A DNA stretch of 64,000 nucleotides from an uncultured Candidatus Saccharibacteria bacterium. GTDB lineage: Bacteria > Patescibacteriota > Dojkabacteria > GCA-016699595 > JBAXKR01. Below the pieces are notes generated by a model that worked only from the letters and a program-made list of their open reading frames with translations, searched no databases and was not told the origin of the DNA. Position numbers and translations under genes: made by a program. Of the stretch, positions 1 through 11,741 are shown piece by piece (the stretch's first letter is position 1; every line of letters begins with the position of its first letter). The stretch lies in contig CAYSFE010000001.1 in NCBI GenBank assembly GCA_964430225.1, positions 95,668-159,667 of the forward strand. Direction: 5' to 3'.

Positions 1-190
1 ATCCTCTTAGTAAATCATTAAATTGAATCATGGCTTGATAGGTAAGATCTTCTGTTTCATTATCCTTTGCTTTATTTAAAGACCAAGCAGAAAGAGCTAT
101 GAAACTAGTAAGAATAACTGCACTAAATCCTAGAGCTACAACTATTTCTATTAAGCTAAAAGATTTTTTATTAAATAGTATTTTTGTCAT
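1..190 (-). CDS. prepilin-type N-terminal domain protein (minor pilin/pseudopilin), 5'-complete but the 3' end runs off the window
   Basis: My reverse-complement translation of 190..1 gives MTKILFNKKSFSLIEIVVALGFSAVILTSF... with no stops. This is a class III signal-like N-terminus similar to that of ORF 187..825. ATGA start/stop overlap with the upstream gene. Confidence 0.5.
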   Translation of the reverse strand, partial: MTKILFNKKSFSLIEIVVALGFSAVILTSFIALSAWSLNKAKDNETEDLTYQAMIQFNDLLRG

Positions 191-825
191 AATTTCCTAA
201 TTGTTCTATTAACTGGATTAACAGCTATTCTATTTTTAACTCCACTATTAACTGCTTTAACACTTACCACACAAGAAATAGTATTGTATAAAACCGTATC
301 TCTATTCTGAACTATATATATCTCATTATCTTTTAAAGTAAAGTATATTTCACTACACCCAAGTGATTCTTCAACTTGATCTTTTAATATTTCTACACCA
401 GAAAGATCTACATCTATGGCTTTAGCAGTATATGTTTCACAGTCTATATATTCATTACTCATTCCATCAAAAAAGAAATGGGGTAATCCATCGTCAATAC
501 CATTAGCAGGCATAGGAGGAAGGTTACAATAGTTAATTGAGATATTTGCTGAAACATCATCATCTATAAGTCCAATCTTAACCATATATGCATCTGGCAC
601 CTTAATATTCCCATCCACATCTTTGTATGTCACGTTATTCTCAGCATATACACGTGCTAAAGATATCGCATTAAATAGTTCTTGTGTTCCTGAGTTTAAT
701 TGAAAACTATCTTTAAGCGAGTTTATTCCTACCGTAGATAACGTAAGTATTACGACAACAATTGCTAATGCTACTATCAGTTCAACAAGTCCAAATGATT
801 TTTTAGAATATGGCAGTTTTAACAT
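187..825 (-). CDS. minor pilin / pseudopilin (prepilin-type N-terminal domain)
   Basis: The N-terminus KKSFGLVELIVALAIVVVILTL is a hydrophobic prepilin-like helix with Glu. It sits immediately downstream of pilD in the pilus operon. Confidence 0.55.
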   Translation of the reverse strand: MLKLPYSKKSFGLVELIVALAIVVVILTLSTVGINSLKDSFQLNSGTQELFNAISLARVYAENNVTYKDVDGNIKVPDAYMVKIGLIDDDVSANISINYCNLPPMPANGIDDGLPHFFFDGMSNEYIDCETYTAKAIDVDLSGVEILKDQVEESLGCSEIYFTLKDNEIYIVQNRDTVLYNTISCVVSVKAVNSGVKNRIAVNPVNRTIRKL

Positions 826-838
826 ATTTAAATTTAAC

Positions 839-1633
839 TTATCTGAAAAACTTTTGAAAGTAGAGAAACTTCCAAAACTCAGCTCCTAATATATATGAGA
901 GAAATATTCCTATCCCCATAAAAGGAATGAAGGGGAGGGGAATACCTCTAAATCTTCTTTTAATGATAGCTACAATGACTCCAACTAAAGAACCAACAAC
1001 ATATGTGGACATAATCCCAAAGTATAGTTTATCAGGGCTAAGTATAAGACCAGCTATTACCGCAAAACGAATATCTCCAGCCCCCATCTTTCCTCGAGAA
1101 AAGATAATGATAAGAACAACAAGAAGAGAATATATTATTGCAGACAAGATATTTGTTAATCCAAAGTTGATAGTAAATATCCTTGTATATATTGAAATAG
1201 GGTAGAAGTTAGAAACAATATTTAATATTAAAAGTATTACAGCGACTGGAATTGCCAGTTTATCATATATCTCTTGATAGAAGATGTCGTATATAGAGAA
1301 ATATAAGATAAAGAAACAAATAGAAAACAAAAGTACATAACTTAATAGATCATAGGAAATGTAGTAGCAAAACAAAGAGACAATACCCACAAGTAACTCG
1401 ATAATAGGGTACTTGAAACTAATCTTCTCCCCACACTTTCTACATTTTCCCTTTAAAAGTAAAAAGGAAATAATTGGAATATTATCAAACCAGGCTATTT
1501 GAGTATTACACTTAGTACAGTGAGAACGAGTCATTAGACTTTCCCCATCATGCGTTCTACTTACAAGTACATTAAGGAAACTACCAAAGATAAGCCCAAA
1601 GAATAGGGCATATATGTTAAATAGTATATGCAT
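839..1633 (-). CDS. pilD: prepilin peptidase (A24 family, PilD)
   Basis: N-terminal Cys tetrad CTKCNTQ...CRKCGEK, polytopic membrane protein, GAGD motif. Located between pilin genes. Confidence 0.85.
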   Translation of the reverse strand: MHILFNIYALFFGLIFGSFLNVLVSRTHDGESLMTRSHCTKCNTQIAWFDNIPIISFLLLKGKCRKCGEKISFKYPIIELLVGIVSLFCYYISYDLLSYVLLFSICFFILYFSIYDIFYQEIYDKLAIPVAVILLILNIVSNFYPISIYTRIFTINFGLTNILSAIIYSLLVVLIIIFSRGKMGAGDIRFAVIAGLILSPDKLYFGIMSTYVVGSLVGVIVAIIKRRFRGIPLPFIPFMGIGIFLSYILGAEFWKFLYFQKFFR

Positions 1634-2169
1634 TATTGTGATAGGAATTCAGTAGCACCATCTTCAGTACAGAACCTAATCTTATATGCTTGTGATCTAC
1701 TAGTATCTTGAATACGATAATCTAATACCCATTGTTCAGGACTAGGTATTACAATTTCTTGATCTGGAAGACCACCAAATGCAATTGCTTCGGCAGATGA
1801 ACAAGGTGTGTAATGAAAATCATAAACAGCAGGAGATACACGTACACCAGGCTGAGAAAGTTTTATTGTTGCCACTTTAGAGGCAACACTGTTGCAATTC
1901 GTTTCATTATTTCCAGTATTTGGTTCAACTAGACATATTTCATTATTCGTACTATCAAAAACTATTTCATTTGTTGTATAAGGATATTGTCTATACTCAG
2001 AATAATAAGATGCTAAAGCTAGTTTAAACTGATTCATATCATTAGTTATTGTAGTAACTCTTTGTTGTCTTTGAGCTGCTTGTATACCTACAATAGATAG
2101 TGTCATTATAATACCTATAACTGCCATAACTACCATTATCTCGACTATTGTAAATGATTTACTGTTCAT
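1633..2169 (-). CDS. type IV pilin
   Basis: [33 protein letters not shown] is a canonical prepilin leader, followed by the FT(I/L)(V/I)E hydrophobic helix. Confidence 0.75.
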   Translation of the reverse strand: MNSKSFTIVEIMVVMAVIGIIMTLSIVGIQAAQRQQRVTTITNDMNQFKLALASYYSEYRQYPYTTNEIVFDSTNNEICLVEPNTGNNETNCNSVASKVATIKLSQPGVRVSPAVYDFHYTPCSSAEAIAFGGLPDQEIVIPSPEQWVLDYRIQDTSRSQAYKIRFCTEDGATEFLSQ

Positions 2170-2220
2170 ATCTTATTGAGTAACAATTACTCCTTACACT
2201 ATATATTATATAGGAAGGTA

Positions 2221-2254
2221 AATAAAAGAAAATCCCTCTTGTTAAAGGAGGGAT
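2221..2254 (-). terminator. rho-independent terminator after the pilin gene 2280..2822
   Basis: On the minus strand: ATCCCTC stem, 9-nt loop, GAGGGAT stem, then UUUCUUUUAUU. Confidence 0.5.
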
Positions 2255-2279
2255 TTAATTTCACTATAAAGATATATAC

Positions 2280-2822
2280 TTAGTCTATCTTTGATCCGAA
2301 GTTTGTACTCCATCCATTCTCAGTACATGATGCTAATGTATATGATTGTGGAGTAGAGGTTTGAGCTCTATAGAAAATATACCATTGATCTGCAGATGGT
2401 GCTAATGTTGTTGCTCCTTCAGTACCACCAACAGCACAAGTTATATTTGCTCCAGCTGGACCCCAAAATGGTGAAGAAATTATCTTTGCACCTAAAGATG
2501 AAAGAGTCAAAGTAAAGCTAGTATCTGCAGCAAGACTATCTGTTAATGTAATTACAGGACTAGTATAATGAAGATTCTCTGTTGCTGAAGCAGTTCCATC
2601 AATAACAGTTCCAGTTACTGAAGCTGCATCTGACTGTGGATAATATCTATATTTTGAATAATAAGAAGCTAGTGTTGCAGAGAAATTCTTAACATCATTA
2701 ACTCTTGTAGTTTCTCTCTGAGATTTTTGAACTGCCTGAATACCTACTACGGCTAATGTGATAAGAATACCTATCACTGCCATTACGACTAATAGTTCGA
2801 CAATTGTGAATGCTTTTTTCAT
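2280..2822 (-). CDS. type IV pilin (major pilin candidate)
   Basis: [44 protein letters not shown]. It has an AT-rich upstream region that could carry its promoter, and its own terminator. The N-terminus is near-identical to the pilins at 14363..15455. Confidence 0.8.
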   Translation of the reverse strand: MKKAFTIVELLVVMAVIGILITLAVVGIQAVQKSQRETTRVNDVKNFSATLASYYSKYRYYPQSDAASVTGTVIDGTASATENLHYTSPVITLTDSLAADTSFTLTLSSLGAKIISSPFWGPAGANITCAVGGTEGATTLAPSADQWYIFYRAQTSTPQSYTLASCTENGWSTNFGSKID

Positions 2823-2894
2823 TTAGAAAAAATAATTAAAAAATAAATAAATACTTAGTTCAATATACTCTTTATAGGTGTTTTGTAAAGAGCT

Positions 2895-4124
2895 TTATTT
2901 TACTACTGTAGCAAGCTGATAGATCGGTAGGTAAATTGCTACTGCCATAATTCCAACAAAAATACCAACTATAATTAAGATTATAGGCTCCATAAGTTTA
3001 GTTAAATTTGCAGTAATATTTTCTATTTCCTCTTCATAATATTTCGCCATATCAAGTAATACTTTATCAAGTTTTCCAGTTTGTTCTCCAGTACCAACCA
3101 TACGAGATAAAATATTTGGAAATACATTGTCTTTTATCATAGGGGCAGCAACAGGGAATCCCTTTTCTATCTGTGGAATCATATTCATAACTGCATCCCT
3201 ATATATTACGTTGCTCATAGCACCGGCAACTATCTTAAGCGAATCAATGATTGATACACCGGAAACTAATAACATAGCTAAAATTCTACAAAACTCTTCA
3301 GTGTTTAATTTAGCAGTTAATCCTCCAAATATTGGAACTCTTAAAAGTAGCTTATCTGTAACTTTCCTTCCTGAAGGAGTTCTTCTATATGCCTTTATTG
3401 CAAACACAATAGCAACAACAACTACAACTATTAATATTCCTCCTACAGATTTTGCAGGATTTAAGAAGTTAGCTGTATTTATCATAGCTACTGTAATCCA
3501 AGGGATTTTATCTTCTGCTTTGAACCCTTTGAATAGTGTTTCCACAGCAGGTACCATTGTCATCATAAGAAGAATCATAATTAGGAATACTGCAGTAAAG
3601 ATAATGATTGGGTAAATCATTGCTCCTCTAACTTTAGATACGAAATTTTTTCTTTGATCAAGATCTTTTGAAATCTTAGCAATCATATCTATAAGATTTC
3701 CTGATTTCTCTCCAGCTTCAATTAGGTTGATTTGAATATCATCAAATAGTCCCTTTGTTTTTTTAAATGCATTAGTTAAAGAAACACCACTTTTAACATC
3801 TTTAAGAACAGTTTCAACAACTGTTTTCATTCCTGGATTTTTAATCTGTGTAGCTAGAGTTTCAAGTGCCTCAGTAATTGGAAGACCTGCAGTTACCATA
3901 GTAGAGAACTGCTTCATAAAGATCACTCTATCATTCAGTCCAATTCCTCCTATATTGAAATTTAGAAGTCTTTTAAATGTAATTCTTGCACCTTCTGCAA
4001 CATGTATTACAGTAAGTCCTTGATCCTGTAAGAGTGCAATTACTTCCTGTTTAGATATTGCTTCAATATCTCCTTTTATTTGTTTTCCGTTTCTTGCAAC
4101 GGCTTCATATGACCATACTTTCAT
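2895..4124 (-). CDS. pilC: type IV pilus assembly platform protein PilC (GspF family)
   Basis: 409 aa with two GspF-like repeats and three transmembrane segments, lying between pilT and the pilin gene. Confidence 0.85.
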   Translation of the reverse strand: MKVWSYEAVARNGKQIKGDIEAISKQEVIALLQDQGLTVIHVAEGARITFKRLLNFNIGGIGLNDRVIFMKQFSTMVTAGLPITEALETLATQIKNPGMKTVVETVLKDVKSGVSLTNAFKKTKGLFDDIQINLIEAGEKSGNLIDMIAKISKDLDQRKNFVSKVRGAMIYPIIIFTAVFLIMILLMMTMVPAVETLFKGFKAEDKIPWITVAMINTANFLNPAKSVGGILIVVVVVAIVFAIKAYRRTPSGRKVTDKLLLRVPIFGGLTAKLNTEEFCRILAMLLVSGVSIIDSLKIVAGAMSNVIYRDAVMNMIPQIEKGFPVAAPMIKDNVFPNILSRMVGTGEQTGKLDKVLLDMAKYYEEEIENITANLTKLMEPIILIIVGIFVGIMAVAIYLPIYQLATVVK

Positions 4125-4125
4125 T

Positions 4126-5445
4126 TTAGTCTTTTCTCATTAATCTAATTATTTCTTCTGGTTTAGTTGAATGTGCCTCAGCTTCTTCTTGTGTAATTTT
4201 ACCTTCTCGAATTAAAGCAACTAACGAGCTTTCTAAACTAAACATTCCTACATCTGCACCAGTCTGAATAGTATTATCAATCATATGTTCTTTACCTTCT
4301 CGAATTAGATTAGAAACTGCAGGCGTACCTATTAAGACTTCCATAGCTGCTCTTCTACCACCACCAATTGTTGGGATAAGTCTTTGTGATACAACTGCTG
4401 TTATTGTATTAGCAAGCATTATTCTTATCTGTGCTTGTTGTTCTGCAGGGAATACATGAATTATTCTATCTATAGACTGAGAAGCAGAATTTGTATGAAG
4501 AGTAGCAAACACAAGATGTCCTGTTTCAGCAACAGTAAGAGCTGCTGCTATAGTTTCGTAGTCTCTCATTTCTCCAACCAAAACAACATTTGGATCTTGT
4601 CTAAGTACAGATCTTAAAGCAATATCCCAAGAGTGAGTATCTTGTCCAACTTCTCTTTGATCTATTATACTTTTATATGGTAAATGAACATATTCTATTG
4701 GATCTTCAATTGTGACTATATGTTTTGCATCTCTTTGATTTATGAGACTTAACATAGAAGCAAGAGTTGTACTTTTGCCTGATCCAGTAGGACCTACTAG
4801 TAATACTAATCCTTGAGGAATAGTTGTTAGATCTTCTAAGATCTTAGGCATATGTAGTTCTTCAAGTGTTGGAATCTTTGTTGGAATTAATCTTAAAGCA
4901 GCTGCTAAAGTTCCTCTTTGATTAAATACATTTACTCTAAATCTTGCATCTTTTCCATATGCATATGAGAAGTCCACTTCTTTGTTTATCTCTAACTGCT
5001 CTCTATTTCTTTGTCCTAATATTGGACTTAGAAGCTTTTCCATTTGTTCTGAACTTACTGGTATAGCTCCTCTTTGGATAAGCTTTCCATCCACTCTATA
5101 GAAAGGGGGATAGCCTACAGTAAGATGTAAGTCAGAAGCATTCATTGAGATCACTTGATCTAATAGCTCAAAGGGGTCAAATTCTCCCTTTTCATTTGTT
5201 ATAGGTTTTTGAGCCTCTTCTTCTTTTACTTCAGGTTCAACCTTTTTTAAATCTGGTAAGTCTGGTAATGAAGCTTTTTTTTCTTTTTGAAGTGCTTCTT
5301 TTAAATTAGTAGCTGGGGTTTCATGCTTTGCACTGTCTTTTAATCCTTCTGGATTTATACCTGGTGTATCTATCACGGTTGAACTTTCTTTTTTTTCCTC
5401 TTTCTTATCTTTTGAATAGAAAGAGCTTAGGTTGGGCAGTTGCAA
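4126..5445 (-). CDS. pilT: twitching-motility retraction ATPase PilT, with an N-terminal low-complexity extension of about 110 aa
   Basis: Walker A GPTGSGKSTT and the PilT signature HLVFATLHTNSA. The PilT core begins around FDPFELLDQVI. Confidence 0.85.
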   Translation of the reverse strand: MQLPNLSSFYSKDKKEEKKESSTVIDTPGINPEGLKDSAKHETPATNLKEALQKEKKASLPDLPDLKKVEPEVKEEEAQKPITNEKGEFDPFELLDQVISMNASDLHLTVGYPPFYRVDGKLIQRGAIPVSSEQMEKLLSPILGQRNREQLEINKEVDFSYAYGKDARFRVNVFNQRGTLAAALRLIPTKIPTLEELHMPKILEDLTTIPQGLVLLVGPTGSGKSTTLASMLSLINQRDAKHIVTIEDPIEYVHLPYKSIIDQREVGQDTHSWDIALRSVLRQDPNVVLVGEMRDYETIAAALTVAETGHLVFATLHTNSASQSIDRIIHVFPAEQQAQIRIMLANTITAVVSQRLIPTIGGGRRAAMEVLIGTPAVSNLIREGKEHMIDNTIQTGADVGMFSLESSLVALIREGKITQEEAEAHSTKPEEIIRLMRKD

Positions 5446-5504
5446 TTTTTTTAGTCCTTAATAACTATCAATACTAACTTAACAAATATATACACTTAGG
5501 TAAA

Positions 5505-7754
5505 TTAATTTTGTACTCTTAATACTTCTTCAATTGTTGTATCTCCATCTAATGCTTTCATAAACCCATCTTGTATCATTAATATCATCCCATCAGCTTG
5601 AGCTTGTTCTTGAATACTTTGTGATGATCTATGTTCAATAATCATCTTAGATATCTTTTCGTTCATTTTAAGTACTTCAAATATTCCTATTCTTCCAGTA
5701 TATCCAGTTCCTGCACATCTATCACATCCCTTAGATTTCCATATATATACATCACCCTCTGGTGCTTGATTAATACCTGCCTTATCAGCACTATCTATAT
5801 TAGTATTGCTTGGAGACTCTCCAGGTTTTAATTGTTTAAAATCTCGTTTAGGATATGAGTACATATCAAAACCTTGAAGTCCATCCATAACCTGATGGAT
5901 CTTTTTTAACATTACATCATCAGCTTTTATCTTTTCTCTACAATCTTTACATAGTTTACGTGGAAGTCTTTGAGCAACAATTACATTAATGACTGAAGCT
6001 AAAAGATATGGTTCCACTCCCATATCAAGTAGTCTAGGGATAGCAGCTGCACTTGAGTTTGTATGAAGAGTAGCAAGAACAAGTCTACCAACAAGAGCTG
6101 CTTGAACAGCAAGCTGTGCAGTTTCTTGATCACGGATTTCTCCTACCATTATGATATCAGGATCTTGTCTTAAGAAAGCTCTTAAACCTGTAGCAAATGT
6201 AAGTCCAACTTCTGCATTTACTTGTACTTGGTTTGCACCATCTATTCTAATTTCAACAGGATCTTCAAGTGTCACAATATTCACCCCTGGATTATTTAGA
6301 GTAGATAGGGAACTAGCTAATGTAACAGTCTTACCAGAACCTGTAGGTCCTGTTATTAAGATAATACCTTGAGTAGCTTTTAGTATGTCTGTGTATGTTT
6401 TATATGCAGGCCCTCTAAGACCTGTTTGCTCTAGTGGTACAACACCAGTAGTTTTATCAAGTATTCTAATAACTACCTTTTCACCATGCACAACAGGCAT
6501 GGTAGATACTCTTAAATCAACTTTCGATTTACCAACACTAATTTCAAATCTACCGTCTTGAGGTATTCTATGTTCATCAATTTTAAGTTCAGAAAGTATT
6601 TTAATTCTAGACACTACAGAAGCAGTTAACGTAAGAGGAAGTGTAAGTTTCTCGTTTAATATTCCATGTATTCTATATCTTACAGATAGTCTTCCTTCCT
6701 TTGGCTCTATATGTACATCAGAAGCTTTAAATTTCACTCCATATTCTAAGATCATATTTACAATTCTAGATACAGGAGCATTTTGTACTTTGAAGTTAAG
6801 ATCATCAAAACTTTCTACTTCTTCTTTAATAGTAAGACCTGAAGAGCTAACAGATTCAACAGCTTGACTAACTTCAGTATCAAACTGAGTAGAGTACTTT
6901 GTATCAATAATCTTTTTTATCTGTTCTTCATCAGCAAAATATGGGATGACATTATCATTTACATATGCTTCTACAAATCTAACTTTTTGAATATCAAGTG
7001 GATCTACTAAAGCTATCTTCACTCCTTCTGCACTTTGTTCAAACGCAACAACAAGGTTATTCTTAGCACTCTCATATGGAATCTTATATAAGATGTCTTT
7101 TTTAATCTCCATATTGCTAAGATCAATGAAAGGAATCTTATATGTTTCTGATTTAGCTTTAAGAAGATCCATATGTGAGACTATTCCTTTATCAAAAACA
7201 AAGGTTTCTTCATTAAGATTCTTACTTAATATTTCAAACTTAAAACTCTCGAATTGTTCTTTAGTAATCTTTCCTTGAGAATATAGGATGTCTAGTAGGG
7301 ATTGTTTCTTAGCAGCACCTGAAGAGATAATCTCTTCAATATTGCCTAAGCTTTTTTCTTTAATATTTGATTTTTCTACTGGCTTATTCTTTTCCACTTC
7401 AACTTTTGTTGGAAATGGATTAGTTTTATTTACCTCTTCTTTTGTTTTCTCCACAACCTTAATTTCTTCAATCTTTGGAAACTTATCCTCAATTGGTTCT
7501 GGTGTTATTGAATCTTCTACTGGTGTTGGTATTGGGCTAACTTGTGGAGTAGGGGAATTTCCCATACTAAATGGATTCATTCCAGGATTAGATAGTGGAT
7601 TAGTATTCAGAGGTTTAGCTGTATCAATTGGATTTGGGTTAATATGCTTTAATTCAGGTAGAGGTGGCAATGTGTTACCATCATTTTTATTAGTACTATT
7701 TTGTTGTTTAGTTGTATCTTGGGGCATAGAAATACATATCTTTTTATCATACAA
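5505..7754 (-). CDS. pilB: type IV pilus assembly ATPase PilB (GspE family), with a Pro-rich N-terminal extension of about 170 aa
   Basis: Walker A ILITGPTGSGKTVTL and the C-terminal Cys tetrad CKDC...CDRCAGTG. The T2SE N-terminal domain follows a disordered PxP-rich region. Confidence 0.85.
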   Translation of the reverse strand: MYDKKICISMPQDTTKQQNSTNKNDGNTLPPLPELKHINPNPIDTAKPLNTNPLSNPGMNPFSMGNSPTPQVSPIPTPVEDSITPEPIEDKFPKIEEIKVVEKTKEEVNKTNPFPTKVEVEKNKPVEKSNIKEKSLGNIEEIISSGAAKKQSLLDILYSQGKITKEQFESFKFEILSKNLNEETFVFDKGIVSHMDLLKAKSETYKIPFIDLSNMEIKKDILYKIPYESAKNNLVVAFEQSAEGVKIALVDPLDIQKVRFVEAYVNDNVIPYFADEEQIKKIIDTKYSTQFDTEVSQAVESVSSSGLTIKEEVESFDDLNFKVQNAPVSRIVNMILEYGVKFKASDVHIEPKEGRLSVRYRIHGILNEKLTLPLTLTASVVSRIKILSELKIDEHRIPQDGRFEISVGKSKVDLRVSTMPVVHGEKVVIRILDKTTGVVPLEQTGLRGPAYKTYTDILKATQGIILITGPTGSGKTVTLASSLSTLNNPGVNIVTLEDPVEIRIDGANQVQVNAEVGLTFATGLRAFLRQDPDIIMVGEIRDQETAQLAVQAALVGRLVLATLHTNSSAAAIPRLLDMGVEPYLLASVINVIVAQRLPRKLCKDCREKIKADDVMLKKIHQVMDGLQGFDMYSYPKRDFKQLKPGESPSNTNIDSADKAGINQAPEGDVYIWKSKGCDRCAGTGYTGRIGIFEVLKMNEKISKMIIEHRSSQSIQEQAQADGMILMIQDGFMKALDGDTTIEEVLRVQN

Positions 7755-7771
7755 ATATATAATATATTGGC

Positions 7772-8461
7772 ATGGTTAGCAAACACACTCAAAAAATATT
7801 TAGTTCCTCCGGAAGCTATATTCTTAAAACTAACAGACCACTTAGTGAGAATGAAATATCTAAAATGTTTTTTGAGATTGATGATGTAAACAATCCCGAC
7901 CTTATTAGTATACGAGTTTCTGATTTAGACAAAGTAAGTATTGGAATAACTGACATAAAAGATAAACTAAAAGAGTTCCAGTACAAGAAGATAAAACATC
8001 CTGTAAAGATTCTATTAATATATGATGCAGATAGGCTTACAAAGGAAGCTCAGAGTGCACTACTTAAAACACTAGAAGAACCGAGTCCCAATAATCATAT
8101 TTTTCTTATCTGCTATGACACCAATAAACTACTAAGTACTATAAAGTCTAGATGTGAACTAATAGATTTTAGAGATAGTACTATTAAAACTGAAAGCACC
8201 ACTTTTTTAAACTCATCACTTTTTGAAAAGTTTAATTATGCTAAAGAAATTTTAGGTATAAAAGATAATAAAGAGAAGAAAAGTAGAGTAGAGATATTTT
8301 TTAGAAATGTAGCTAATGAAAGTAAAAGTTTAGGGGAAGATAAGAGATATAAAATTAATGAACTCATAGTAGACTACTCTATATATTTTGCTTCTGAAGT
8401 AAACTTGCGATTAGTGCTTGAAAACTTTATCATTAAGATCAATCAAATATTAAAAAGTTAG
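7772..8461 (+). CDS. holB: DNA polymerase III delta-prime subunit-like (short form)
   Basis: LLKTLEEP...SRCELIDF clamp-loader motifs (an SRC motif) without a Walker A. Confidence 0.55.
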   Translation: MVSKHTQKIFSSSGSYILKTNRPLSENEISKMFFEIDDVNNPDLISIRVSDLDKVSIGITDIKDKLKEFQYKKIKHPVKILLIYDADRLTKEAQSALLKTLEEPSPNNHIFLICYDTNKLLSTIKSRCELIDFRDSTIKTESTTFLNSSLFEKFNYAKEILGIKDNKEKKSRVEIFFRNVANESKSLGEDKRYKINELIVDYSIYFASEVNLRLVLENFIIKINQILKS

Positions 8462-8462
8462 T

Positions 8463-8954
8463 ATGAATAGCAGAAACTTCATTTGGTATTCTTTTTTTAC
8501 AACTGGAATTGGAATAGTTTTCTTCTTCCTATTTGCTCAAAGTACAAACCTAAGTGTAAACTCCAGTGATATACAAATCATAGGAACTAAGGCAGGATAT
8601 TTCTTAGCTTCTATGCTTCTCACACTACTAATATATAGAGCGGTACTAAGTACACTTAAGATTAAAGTATCTAAACTTGCTCACTGGCATTCCTTAAAAG
8701 AAAAAGCAGAAGATTTTGAATTTATTAGGTTAATTGAACTCCTTGTTGGAGTACTTTCAGTATCAATAACCGTGAGTATATGTGCAATTAACCTAGCTAT
8801 GAGTACAACTAATGTTTTATCCCAATATTTAAGTTTAAAGGATTTAGCTCTAAATGGACTGGCTAGTTTACTCGCAGCAGGGCTCGCATATTACTATCCT
8901 AGAGTACTAGAAAAGGAGTACTTTGTACTCACAAAAGAGAGGAAAAATTCCTAA
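8463..8954 (+). CDS. hypothetical membrane protein
   Basis: 163-aa ORF with 3–4 hydrophobic segments, translationally coupled to the upstream gene. Confidence 0.35.
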   Translation: MNSRNFIWYSFFTTGIGIVFFFLFAQSTNLSVNSSDIQIIGTKAGYFLASMLLTLLIYRAVLSTLKIKVSKLAHWHSLKEKAEDFEFIRLIELLVGVLSVSITVSICAINLAMSTTNVLSQYLSLKDLALNGLASLLAAGLAYYYPRVLEKEYFVLTKERKNS

Positions 8955-8959
8955 GTTTT

Positions 8960-8968
8960 TGATATAAT
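8960..8968 (+). promoter_or_regulatory. extended -10 promoter element (TGaTATAAT) upstream of gyrB
   Basis: The sequence TTTTTGATATAAT lies 65 nt upstream of the gyrB ATG. Confidence 0.3.
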
Positions 8969-8990
8969 AAGACTAGTAAAAGTTAGATAA

Positions 8991-10991
<2,001 letters not shown>

Positions 10992-10992
10992 A

Positions 10993-11490
10993 ATGTATAA
11001 ACCAACTAGTATTAAAGAACAAAAACTAGAAAGTATATTTAAAAAGTATGGAGTACTTCTACCAGAGTCTACTCCTGAACCATGGATTAATGAGGGAGCA
11101 TATGGGAAATTTGAGAATATAGAAGTAAACAATATATTTAAGGGAAGAAAACCTTGGGAATTTGAAAGAGATTCTCTAAATCTTCAAAAGATTGATGTAT
11201 TACAAAGACTAGTAGAGAAATATACTAAGAAGAAGTTTCCTAAAGGATTATCATATGATCTCTTTAGATCTTTTCTTCTATTTGATTTTAATATAACTAA
11301 AGTAAGTAAAGATGATATGAATAAGATTGCAGATACATTCACTACAGTAATGGAAATGACTGCAAAGATGTGGGTTGGTTTTATTCCTCAAGTAAAAACT
11401 GAGGTATATAACAGAGACATTAAAAAAGCTGAAACTTTCCTAGAAGAAACATGGAAAGAAATTCAGAAATTAAAATCTAAACAATATTAA
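10993..11490 (+). CDS. hypothetical protein encoded between gyrB and gyrA
   Basis: 165-aa ORF. Its start overlaps the gyrB stop (TAGAATG) and its stop is coupled to the next ORF (TAATATG). Confidence 0.4.
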   Translation: MYKPTSIKEQKLESIFKKYGVLLPESTPEPWINEGAYGKFENIEVNNIFKGRKPWEFERDSLNLQKIDVLQRLVEKYTKKKFPKGLSYDLFRSFLLFDFNITKVSKDDMNKIADTFTTVMEMTAKMWVGFIPQVKTEVYNRDIKKAETFLEETWKEIQKLKSKQY

Positions 11491-11491
11491 T

Positions 11492-11722
11492 ATGGAAATA
11501 TTTTCAACCTCAGGATTGCATCTCGAACCAAATAAAGGACATAGTGCTGGTACGCCTGCAATACCAATGAAAGATGTAAAGCCTATAGCAAGACCAGATT
11601 TAACACCTTCTGGTAATAAAAATTTAACTTTAGAACAAATTAGACAAGCGCAAGATAAAGCAAGAAATGGTCAAGGAAAGGTAAGAAATTTACCACATGA
11701 TAAAACACCTCAAACAGAATAA
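11492..11722 (+). CDS. hypothetical small protein (76 aa)
   Basis: Translationally coupled ORF, 19 nt upstream of gyrA. Hydrophilic, Pro/Lys-rich. Confidence 0.35.
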   Translation: MEIFSTSGLHLEPNKGHSAGTPAIPMKDVKPIARPDLTPSGNKNLTLEQIRQAQDKARNGQGKVRNLPHDKTPQTE

Positions 11723-11741
11723 TATAAATAATTAAACATAT

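Noticed and set aside
927-1205. Plus-strand ORFs lying antisense inside confirmed genes. Examples are 927..1205, 3127..3615, 7288..7779, 9965..10495, 12674..13534, 29717..30172, 54686..54985 and 61397..61639.
   Set aside because: Each lies wholly inside a well-supported gene on the other strand or in another frame. Their translations are low-complexity (S/I/L/F-rich), as expected for antisense AT-rich coding DNA.
7755-7771. A divergent promoter region or origin between pilB and holB.
   Set aside because: Only 17 bp separate the two starts, too short for two promoters. The start codons are more likely mis-assigned, or the promoters lie within coding sequence. No DnaA boxes are present.
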